Source: Podarcis filfolensis
Taxonomy: Eukaryota
Reading direction: 5' to 3' (one strand)
Assembly: GCA_964270895.1 (NCBI GenBank)
Contig: OZ185436.1
DNA length: 64,000 bases
Shown: positions 35,008-46,030 of the stretch, piece after piece
Layout of the letters: each line of letters opens with the position of its first letter
Numbering within the stretch: position 1 is the stretch's first letter
Notes under the pieces: generated by a model
What the model saw: only the letters and a program-made list of their open reading frames with translations
Databases searched by the model: none
Told to the model about the DNA's origin: nothing
Translations under genes and position numbers: made by a program

Positions 35008-37199
35008 ATCTGGTGAAGTTGTTTATCTTGTTTAGAGCACCATGCAGGGCCCTTTCAAAGGTTTGTCCAAGTTAGGACTCCAAACTTTCTCTCATTACCA
35101 TAAAATTAAATCTGCTTCTGTTCAGAAATTAGCCAGTGGTCCACCAACTGCCTTCTGCCCACTCTGGCAGTAGCAGGTTACTGATGCCTGTCATTATGAG
35201 CTGAAGACTTGGCTTAGAAGAGAGAAGAAAAACGTGGAAAGTTCTGGGCTTGGATTTTTTAAAAGTGTTGATAATGAGCAGCTAGAAAAGATGATGATGA
35301 TGATAGCAGCAGCCTTTCTTCCTCTTCTAAAGGTGCAGACGTTCAGAAATGATGAAACTAAGAAACAAGAACTCACCCAGGTTCACTGGCTATAGAAACA
35401 CGAAGATACAAAACAGGAGGAATGCTTTGGAGCTGTCTGGTGGAACTGAGTTGCAAAAGAAACCTAGTGGGATTTGATAATGTCTCAGTTCAGAAAAAGC
35501 ACTCTATGGGTGCTCATTTAGGTAGAGTAGGCCCACTCTACCTGCTGGCTTTAGTGTTTGAAGGGGGGCGGGATCTGTTTGATAGTTTTTTGTGAGTGAC
35601 TTGGGAAATGCCTGGACTACTTTTGTTTCCCATTCCCTGTATTTTGATATGTGTAATAATAATGGAACTACAAAATGTTGAACAAAACATATAAGCAGCC
35701 AATCAAAATCCTTTGTGCCGTCCTGTCAAAACATTTTCTTTGAAGGGCTCCAAACTCTGTTATCATGTGCTGTACAACTCCCCTTAGATTCTGTTTTGCA
35801 GCCCTCTTGGTAAGCAATTGTTTGTATTGAGTATAGTTGTGTTAATTTGTTTTACAGCATGAAAAGCTAAAAGTGCTGGGTGATTCTTTTTGCTTTTATT
35901 GTTCGCTTGAAGCAAATCAAATGGAATCCATTGCCTTGCAAACATAACTCCTGCATAATTAAGCCAATCTCTGGTGATGGAAATAAAGCTTGGGTGGTGA
36001 TTAGCATAGCATTAAGTCCTTTGAAGGAGAAGATGTGTATTGCTGATCTGCTGGATTCACATTTAGCTCCCTGCAGTTTAAAATATGCTCTGTTGACTTC
36101 TGATGTGCTTTTTCTGCATTGGCTTCCCATTCCCATCAAAACAGAACCCCTCCCAGATCACTGGATATGCAGATCTGCCACTCTCCTCCATTCAGAAGTA
36201 AAAGGGGGCACCTTCTGGGAGTGGAAACTCTGGAAGATCTTAGGAATTTCTGTGTCCACAGCAAGTCACTGTGCTGGGGGTTTCAGAACAGGGTTCTTGG
36301 GGACAGAACGGTTTGGTGTCCTCTGAAGACCTCCCAATATGAAACACTTTCTAAGCATATGGTTGATGGTCCTTGTCTGTCAGAGTTTTTAAAAAATGTT
36401 CCATTAAAATTGACTGATATGGCCATTTCAATTTAGAGGGCTGGTTAGACTGTGATTGCAAAAGTGCCCTAATGAAAACAAGTGCTGAAAGTATGTACAT
36501 GGTGAACAATCTGTGAATAAAAGCCCCAGTGAACAAATCCTAACAAGTCTTAAATCCTTAAAGGGAGGAAGGGGGTGGGGAATGTTGCTGGAGAAATGTG
36601 ATACTTAAAATCAGCAGAACCTCGTGGTCAGTGAATAGGTGGAGCAAGGAGCCTATGTTTCTGTGGTGAATAAACATCCTTCAAGAAGAACTAATATTTT
36701 AAGCATTTCATCTCATCCCTTCATATGCATGAGTTCCCTTATGCATGTAGCCAGCTGGAAAGCTCCTGTTTCCTATTTCCACAAACTACATGTATGCCAA
36801 GAGGTTTACAGGGTCCAGAGATCTAGCTGAACTGTACCCTGAGCTAAGCACTACCTGTGCCATGAACCTCACTATCAGTTCCTTGCTTGGCTTGCACTTT
36901 CCTTATCATCTTTTGAGGACATATACTGGATTCTTGCCCAGGGCTTCTGCTGCTGCAGTTGTGATACTGAACTCCCGCACACATGGCATTTGAGACCTAA
37001 GATCCACACCAAGATGAAAAACAGTTGGGGAGATCAGCACAGTAAAGGAAAACAAAAAAGCAGGTCAGTCAATATTTCTATTCAGCTCTGGCCTCTACCT
37101 GCAGTAGAAACAGGAAGCACAAGCAACTCCTGAATACCTTCTTTGTTTTTGGAGCTTTGTTTCTCCTATGCTGGAGATCTTCAGCCAACAACAACAAAA

Positions 37200-37560
37200 A
37201 GGTCAGAGGGAGCAACAAATTATTTTGATCACTTTGGCTGCCCTTTATTGAAACTTCTCCTACACTACAGTATGCTTATCGTAGCGAGACAACCAGAACT
37301 GTACACAGTATTCCAACTGTGGTCGTTGCACAATAGATTTGTTATAATGGCATTATATCAGCAGCTTTGCTTTGAGTTCCTTTCCTAATGTTCTCTAGCA
37401 TGGAATTTACCTCGTTCACAGCTGCTGCAAAATTAATCAGCATATTCATCTGGCTATCTACCACAACCACAAGATCTCATTCCTGGCTGGCTACTGTCAG
37501 CTCAGATATACGTATATGTGAAATTAAGATTATTTTGCCTCTACATGCATCACTTGACAC
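37200..37560 (-). mobile_element. CR1 LINE ORF2 fragment
   Basis: Reverse strand reads a decayed PLYKSIVRPQLEYCVQFW...RAAKVIK motif. Confidence 0.8.
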
Positions 37561-39369
37561 AGGTGAACCTGTCCCTTGGACCTACCATTTCAAGTTGCAG
37601 GCAGGGACTCGCATGACTAAATGTTCCTTTATATATACTCACACAAAAAACTGAACGTGAGGGAGAAGAGTAGACTAGAACCCTTTCCCCTACCATCTAG
37701 TTTTGCAGGTGTACAGATTTTTTTGATTTTTTTGTATTGAGGATTGAATCCTGTGCACCCTCACTGACCGGATGGAATGGTACAGCCCAGAGACAAGTCT
37801 ACTGCACCAATCTGCAGACATAGCTGGATAGCTGCAAAACACTGCTATGAATGTGGAGTGAAAACAAGCTTTTGAGGAATGGTTCCTCTGATTCTGATTA
37901 ATTCAGTGTCGAGGGATAATGCCTGCTATCTTTAATCCTAGACTGTTTTAATTAAAATTGAATTTAGGGATTAAGTTGGCACACAAAAGTTCATTAAATA
38001 ATGTTTCCCGGAGCAGCCTCTTAAAATATATTTGGACAACTATAAAGAGATATTTCAGTAATATTTCACACATACTTTAGGGAGCCAAACTTGCTTTATG
38101 AGTATTCAGTGGTACCATGAATTAAAATGCTTTTGGCATTTGTAGTTACAAATTGGGCACCACCAGTGTGGGTGAGCTGAAGATACAAGCATCTTTCTTA
38201 ATTAAACCAAATTTCTGCATCCATACTATTGAGACTGAGATTTTAAATTAATGGCTTTTCCAATTCTATAATTGGCAATAACAGTCTTCCTCCCAGAGCA
38301 TTTAGAAATACTTGGTTGTTTTTATACAACATGATTTTTAATGCAATTCTCAAATTACATTTATGTAGTGCAGGGATTTTGTTTTCATATCATTTTGTCA
38401 TATTAATTACAGCACCAAAACCTGTCATAACCAAAGGCTCTGCAGCCTCAAGCGATTCTGCAAAATTAGCTGTTTACAGAAAGGGAGCTCTGAGTTCTTT
38501 TTCAGAGATGAAAAAAATTCAGTTCACGTTGCATCATGTTGAACACACAGTTTCAGTCAATCATCATTTGGACAGGTGACTCTGTGACTCCATATAACAA
38601 ATACAGTTCTTGTGTGGAGGATCATTCATCCGTCAAAGCTTTTAAAAGAAAGACGAAAGCTTATTCTGATGGATGCTGCATAGAACAAAACTGAGTAAAT
38701 CTGCCAAGATATTAATGAATGAAGAGATGTGTTTTCAGGAGTCTACAATTTTTGACTGGCCTTGTCGGCCAAGCCAAAGGCTACAGTCACCAGCTACCAC
38801 CCCCACCCACTGGTAATGGCCTTAAAACAATGATGTCCTACCCTCTCATCCCTACCTTTCCTACTCAGGAGTAGGAAAGGCAAGTGAAGAATGCTGCCAG
38901 TTTGGCCAAGGCTCTCCAGGCACCTAGGTCACAGAGATGCCAAACAACCTCCAGCCCTCCTCCCAACTATGGAGCAGGGGACAAAACAGGGGTTGCTGCA
39001 CAACTGCCAGGGCGATCTCTCCCTACCTCGGCACCTTCAGAATGGGAGGAAGGTTGGTTGCTCATCACACTTGAGTGTGGCAAGCAGAATTGTTGAAACC
39101 TATGTGTCTTGCCTTTCTCAGTTCCTCCACAGAGTGTCAACTGTCTTCACTAAAACCCTCATCCTGCTAAATTATGCACCCTTGCCTATATTTCAGGATG
39201 CCTTTTCCCATTGAAGTTGTATCCTAAGAGATTTAACTCCCCACCTTCCTTCTCATATTTTTTCTCCTTTTAACTAATTCTAAATCCTTGATTTGCCGCC
39301 ATTTTGATGTGTGACATACTTGATGGATGGTCCTACCAGCAGAGACGCAATATAGGAGAAGCATGTGGC

Positions 39370-39738
39370 AGCTATTTTGAACATTCGGGACAGATAAAAG
39401 ACAATTGCTTCTTCATGCAGTGCTTGGTTAAACTACGAAACTCACTCTCACGGGAGGCAGAAATGGCCACCAATATGGATGGTTTTAAAAGAGGATTGAA
39501 CAAATTCATGGAGAATAAGCCCATCAAAGGCTACTGGCAATCATGGCGATGCTTTCCCTTCATGACTGGGGGGAGTGATGCTTCTGCAGGTGCTAGAAAC
39601 TGCAGGAGGGGAGGATTCTCTCGTGCTCAGGCCCTGGTTGTGGGTTTCTCACAGGCATCTGGTTGGCCACTGTGAGAACAGGAGGCTGGACTAGATGGGC
39701 CTTTGGCCTGATCCAACAGGCTCTTTTTATATTCTTCT
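39370..39738 (+). mobile_element. CR1 LINE 3' end
   Basis: RTDKR..FFMQ..VKL.NSL, MATNMDGFKRGLNKFME, then the ggcatctggttggccactgtgagaacagga...ggcctgatcca 3'UTR. Confidence 0.85.
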
Positions 39739-40114
39739 AGTACTGTAGATCTGGTGTAATTATCTGGCCAGCATTGGTGAAGTCGTTCCTATTTTGATTT
39801 AACACACAATGAACTTCATGCTGCAGTTGTGGATATTTCTCAAACCAAGCAGATTCAGGTATAACATTGCATTAAGATCGGCATGTGGGAGCAAGAAAGC
39901 TGGAGTCAAGTATCTGGCATGGCATTAGTAGGCAAGCTTGCCTAAGGTATTTTGGCATTGTTTTTAAACTCCCACATGATTTCTCAGAAACACTTCCCAG
40001 GGGTATCATCACTCAAGCTCATTATAATTGTTAGGCAAGGTTGGTTTTGTTATCACTTGTGTAACTGCATTGGCTGGCTAAACATGCCAACTGGTTTATA
40101 CAACTGGCCCTTTT

Positions 40115-40456
40115 GGGACGTGGGTGGTGCTGTGGGTTAAACCACAGAGCCTAGGACTTGCCAATCAGAAGCTCGGCAGTTCAAATCCCTGTGACGGGGT
40201 TGCTCGGTCCCTGCTCCTGCCAACCTAGCAGTTTGAAAGCACGTCAAAGTACAAGTAGATAAATAGGTACCGCTCCGGCGGGAAGGTAAACGGTGTTTCC
40301 GTGCGCTGCTCTGGTTCGCCAGAAGTGGCTTAGTCATGCTGGCCACATGACCCGGAAGCTGTACGCCGGCTCCCTTGGCCAATAAAGCAAGATGAGCGCT
40401 GCAACCCCAGAGTCGGCAACGACTGGACCTAATGGCCAGGGGTACCTTTACCTTTA
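40115..40456 (+). mobile_element. Sauria SINE, near full length
   Basis: gggacgtgggtggtgctgtgggttaaacc head, gtcatgctggccacatgacc core and (ACCTTT)n tail. Confidence 0.93.
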
Positions 40457-41004
40457 TCGGCCCTTTTATTTTGTGCTCTTCTCCTTCCACCTCCACACAA
40501 AAAATGGTAAATAAAATCTTCCTAGCCGAAAAAGGCCTTTTCAAACTGAGCAGCCATCAGCTGGGTCTTTTCAGAGTCTGATGTGTTACTGCTGCTGCTG
40601 CTGCTGCCATCTGGGGCACCATGGGACTGCAGAACTGGTTCTCTTTCCAGGGAGGCACTGTTACTGTTTCTAATTCACCTACATATGTTGGTGGCTCATA
40701 ATGAGACGTAATATAGCAAAATATTTTAATTGTGTCATTTTAAAGTTTGCAAACTGAAGATAGTACTGAGTTTGAGACATCCATGTTTTGTACAAATAAA
40801 ATTGAATCAGCTCAGAGTCTTTTGGATACATAATGAAATGGGTAAGATAAAGTGTCTGTCATGGTGGCCGCAGGGAGGAAGAGCACCTTAATGGGCAGCA
40901 AGTTACCAGCCTCCTGCCTGGGCAGCAAAGAAGGGCCTTCAACCACTTGTGAGTCAAGAAAACACATGATGATTAAGTACAAATGCACATGGTTCTGTTA
41001 AAAT

Positions 41005-41088
41005 AGGCATCTGGCCGGCCACTGTGAGAACAGGATGCTGGACAATATGGGCCTTCGGCCTGATCCAGAAGTCTATTCTTACATTCTT
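41005..41088 (+). mobile_element. CR1 3'UTR terminal fragment
   Basis: Same ggccactgtgagaacaggatgctgga...ggcctgatcca motif as 39370-39738. Confidence 0.75.
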
Positions 41089-41621
41089 GATCTATTTCTT
41101 GTTCAGTTCTTCTGACCTGCTCATTACTGAAACAGAGCATTACAAAATACCTTAAGTGGCTCACAAATACTCCTAAGACATGACCTTTACTTGGTTTCAG
41201 ATTCTGTTAGCAGATATTCAGATATTCTCTTTCCTCTTCAGTTAACAGTTAGCAATATATATGTTAACTGGAGATAATGAAGCAACAGTATGCTTCCGTG
41301 TTCCTCTTTCTTCAAGTGCTAGGCAGTTTGGGGGTAGACTACACGTGGTTAAGGCTACAGTCCTAGTTGGAAGTAAGTCCCATGAAGTTCAGTGGGATGT
41401 TTCAGCAGGTATACTTTGGATTGGGCTCTTTGGGGAGGAGAGCAAATGGGGAAATTGTGGTGCCTATGTAATAGTCTTTTTTACAAGCATACAGGTTGAG
41501 AAGGCATCAAAGGACTGCAGCAGCAAGCATACAGGCTGGCTGGCTTTGCGAGTCCCACAGCATCCTTAGCACCCCCCAGGTACAAGCACCTTGCATAACA
41601 AGACAGTGGGGCTCACCACCG

Positions 41622-41757
41622 CAGGCTTCCTCAAACTCGGCCCTCCAGATGTTTTGTGACTACAACTCCCATCATCCCTGACCACTGCTCCTGCTAGCTA
41701 GGGATTGTGGGAGTTGTAGGCCAAAAACATCTGGAGGGCCGAGTTTGAGGAAGCCTG
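41622..41757. mobile_element. Palindromic hAT-like MITE, well preserved
   Basis: Long TIRs CAGGCTTCCTCAAACTCGGCCCTCCAGATGTTTT...AAAACATCTGGAGGGCCGAGTTTGAGGAAGCCTG; 8-bp flanks caccaccg and cgccacag (6/8 match). Confidence 0.88.
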
Positions 41758-42846
41758 CGCCACAGTATGCTAAGCCAGGTACTGCATAGTTATGTATTTG
41801 GGCTTCAGCTGTAACTTGTACTTATATGCAAATTTATATACTTGTACTTATATGCAAACTTACACATATGCAAATTGGGGAGGGGGAATCTCTTGTTGTG
41901 AGCAGCAGACAGGAGCGCAGCCGGGATATGTGAACAACCGAAATAACAGAAAGACAAAGCACCAAATGACACGCCCCCCCAAAAAGCAAAGCATTTTAAA
42001 TGCCAAACTGTGCTATGTAATCTCAGTGAAAATTTAATAATTTCTTATTTGAAAAGTTAGGAAAATATCCTTAAATCTGCACTAGGCGTAAGTTTTAATC
42101 TTTTTTGTCAGTATACATTTAATCTTTTAAATTAAGAGGATTAGTCCATTTCAACTAATTCGGAAGTCTGAATTCATCAGTAGTATTGTTGTCATTTCCC
42201 CCTCCCCTGTGCCTGCCCCCGGATTAGTGTCAGTGACTCAGTTGTGTCATCTGCTTCTGCTGAGTGGGAGGCAACCATTAAGCACATGAATTCAGAGAAG
42301 GCTACTGAATCTGTTAGCTGGATAGTGGTGAAGATATTTACAGTATTAGCCTAAAATGAAATTAAAACAAACACATTTTTTTTAAGTGATCCAAGTAAGT
42401 GATGCACAGTAGTGCTTTATTCTTTCAAGCTGAACGCAACTATTAATGCAGTTAAGGGACAAATGCTACACATGCACCATTTTATGGCGGAAGGAAGCCA
42501 CCTGAATGGAAGCCACGGGGTACTATCTGAATATCCATTTGCCAAAGCCAGAATCATGCTTGCACAACTACTGTACATATTCCAGAAGCTCCAGGCCTTG
42601 CTCGGAGAAGTTTAGCATTGTTAAGGTTTGTCCTCATCTTTCAGGGTTGCTGGCCAGTTGCTTACTTCCCATCATGATTATAAAATTACCATTTGTCTCT
42701 TCAACTCTAAAAATGTCATTTATCTCAGTATTGTTGAGCAGTGATATGGGCCTCAGGGGAAATGCTATAAGGTTAGTTACTCAAATCAAGTGTTTAATTG
42801 CCATTGGCATCAGACAGAGGTCAGTCACTCTCAGGCTGGATGAGCG

Positions 42847-42977
42847 ACCCTCAAACTCGGCCCTCCAGATGTTTTTGGCCTACAACTTCCATGATCCCTA
42901 GCTAGCAGGACCAGTGGTCAGGGCTGATAGGAACTGTAGTCTCAAAACATCTGGAGGGCAGAGTTTGAGGAAGCTTG
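42847..42977. mobile_element. Second copy of the same MITE, core in the opposite orientation
   Basis: CCTCAAACTCGGCCCTCCAGATGTTTT...AAAACATCTGGAGGGCAGAGTTTGAGGAAGCTTG. Confidence 0.85.
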
Positions 42978-45299
42978 ACCTAGAGGTCTGGCAAACAGTG
43001 GTCCTTGCCTTCTTATCTTACTTTTCCCTATTCCAACCTTCCTCTTTCCTTGGTAAATATTTCAGTTCCGTTTTAAAATGGAAATGTGAGTCCTGGATGA
43101 TAAAGCGATGCGAGATAAGCTTCATTTGAGTTATGAAAGATCTGTGGCCAACAGCAGATAGTTCAAACACTGACGGCCATTTATTTTCTTCCTATGTCCC
43201 TGTTCTGTGTAGAGAGATGCATGGAGAAATTCCAGTGTCAGCCAGGCTGGGTTGCTCCAGTGAAGTGCCTGAGCCAATACTTCCAAGGGGGAGTGGATGA
43301 TGAAGTGCATAGTTCATGGCTGAACCTTCCCACACCCTGCATTTTATTTGCATTTTTATGACTGCTTGCAAATTTCACAGTTGCTAAAGTGGCACTGGAA
43401 GGTAAAGATAGTTGCCTGATTATCTCGGTGGGGTGTGATCAAACGGCACATGTCTTCCAGCCTAATCAAACAATTCTTAAAACTTGTCCCGTGAGCTGCT
43501 GAGAAGATAGTAAGAGTCCCAGGCAACTGGCACTATATACTACTGCTGTGCTGCCAGGAAGCAGGGTGAATAAAAATAAATGATTCTTTAAAAATAATTT
43601 TTTTAAAAGTTACATTATAGTCCAAAGTCTATTACTCAGGAAATAAGGATTTGTTTACAGTTTTTCATGTGTGCTAAAACGCAGTCTAAGGTTTTTTTAA
43701 TTTAAAAAAATCGTATAACCACATTGGTTAACAAACATGGATACATATGCTATAATGTTGTTGTTTTAGCTACCGTAAATAAATTATTTAAATTGTTATT
43801 AAGGAAATGATTATTTTTCTCCTTCCAATAAAATACAGCAGAAAAGTTGTCCAAATATAAACAATAATTTCATAATTATCTGGCTATGTATTTCTGATAG
43901 TATAACCAAATCAGTAATTTTTGATGTAACTGTAAAAACTACTCTGAAAATTTATTATTCCAAAAACGAAACCTTCCTCTGGTTGTAAATATTCAGAGGA
44001 TGCCAGCAAGGTCAAACCTTTCTGTAAAAATGATTTAAATCAAGTCTTACTGACTAGTGATTCAATTTGATTTAAATCAAATCCACCCTGCCAGGAAGAC
44101 AGGTATAATTTGCCTGTTTGCCCAGAAATGTGGGAACACTTCCCAGTATTCTGATTCTGTGCTGTAAGAGAAGAGGAAGAAAGGCATGGAAGTGCCACAT
44201 GCTACCCAGGCAACTCATTTGCTCCACTGTGTTTTGACTCAATTTCAGTGGCATTCCCTCAAGAGATAGATGGCTGCTGTACACCATATTCGTTTACAGC
44301 CCCAGTGTGTAGCTGGTTCACTCCAAGGTTATTCTGCACGTGATTTGCATATAGGTGAGGAAAAGAATCAGCTCACCTGAGTGAATTAGTCCTTATTCAC
44401 ATTCTTATGTACCCCATGCCATTATTCATCACCATCTTGAAACACCCAAGTCTGCCACTTTGCATCTCCTGTCTTTCCTCTCAATAATCCCTGCGGAGTC
44501 ATGATCCATACTTTGGGGCGCATCCTCACCTTTGGCTGTTTATAGCTGTTAATTTAAGACGAACTCCTCCCATGTTTGAGAAACATTGCACTAAGCATTT
44601 GAGGCTACAGCACTGAGACTGCACTGTGCTGCCTAGTCAAGTAGGTCTTAACATTTGTTCAAAGCATGACCACATAAATCTGCAAAGCATTTCAATCGGC
44701 CCCATACAACTCATGATACAAGCCAGACAAGTAACAATGAAATATTATGGGCTGCCAGATGGCTGATTCCGCCGGACCTCACCCCCCCTGCCCCCCCCCG
44801 TCCCAGGCAGGCAGAAACAGCTCCACCAAACCTTTAGTGAGCCTCTGCCAATGCTCAAATATGCTCCACAAATTGTGCAAGCCTGCTGCAAATGATCTCA
44901 AATTATAAGCACGTGTATGTGTACATAGTGATAACAGAGTCGGCCTATATGGGCTCAAGTCCCATTTCCGCCCCCTGGTTCTGCCAGCCTCAGAAGCGCA
45001 TATATGAAATGGGTACAACAGTGACCTGGCTAAAAGAAGTAAATTGAATTTGGATATACAACTCTGAAATTATTTGATGATGGATGCTGCGCTCTTAAAT
45101 CTTCATTCTGTATAGGTCACATGCCAAGCAACGCGGGCCGTTCGGCATAAAGTTAAATGGGACTGCTCTGCAAGAGAGAGCTCGCAACGTTTGCCAAGTC
45201 GCAAGGTGTGTCAGGTCACTTACTCCCGAGTAAGCCCGCTTAAGGCTGAGCTAAAAGCACACGGCTCCCTTAATAAGGCCTCGCCGGGGGCAGGAGGAG

Positions 45300-46030
45300 G
45301 GGAGGCTGAAGGCACTCAAAGAAATTCAGTTTTACTTTTCATCCAAAGTTGACAGTACTTCCGCGCCTCCCGTCCCCACCGCCGTGTCAAAAGACCACGG
45401 AGGCCGCCGCCGCCTCCGCGTCTTCTTGCTTCCCGCCCGGACAGGGAGAGAGCCTCCCTGCTCAGGTTTCTCAGCAGGCGGGCCGAGGCGGGCGTCACAA
45501 GAGGCCTGACCGGAGCCTTGGGCCGCTCTCTGCAAGGTCGCTGAGCTGGCGGCCAAGGGGGGCGGCGGCCTCGCAGGGCGCGGGCGGGACCTCCCTCCCT
45601 CTCTCCTCCTCCTCCTTCCCCGGGCCGCTCGCTGGCAGGAACTCCGAGCAAGTCCCGCCGCCGCTTCTTGGAAGCGAGGAGGCCGCCGCGAGAGTCGCGC
45701 GCCGCCGCCGCCGCGAGCCGAGCTGAGCTTGAGGCTCCCGCGTGGAGAGGAGCGCAGAGAGAGGAAAGGCAGCTGGAGGGGGCGGAAGAAGAGCGCTCTT
45801 GAAGCTTGTGCGTTTCTCCTCGGAGGGTATCTCGGTTGGGAAGGGGCGGTCTGGAGTGGGGCAGCAGGAGGAAACTCGGGGGTCGTGTCTTCTTGCTTGA
45901 AAGGAGCTTCTTGCGCATCCACAGCCCATCCTCTCCTCGGGCTGAGTTTGGTGAGGGTCTTCTGAGCACTTTTGGGAGGCTTGGGAGTAAGATAGCCTGC
46001 TGCCTCGTCTTCTTCGCTTCGCTTCATATT
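45300..46030 (+). promoter_or_regulatory. SLC26A2: CpG island: probable promoter and non-coding first exon of SLC26A2
   Basis: The only extended CpG-dense region in the window, with several GGGCGG boxes and GCC repeats, ~6.8 kb upstream of the SLC26A2 ATG exon. Mammalian SLC26A2 has an untranslated exon 1. Exon limits not determined. Confidence 0.75.

Noticed and set aside
35177-35395. 72-codon open frame (VTDACHYELKTWLRREKK...) as the terminal TRIM exon
   Set aside because: Its acceptor is phase 0 while the preceding exon ends in phase 1, and no bridging exon was found; kept only as a weak alternative.
36140-36170. EPLPDHW resembling PDE6 NPPPDHW
   Set aside because: Wrong strand for syntenic PDE6A and the flanks do not match; a short chance similarity.
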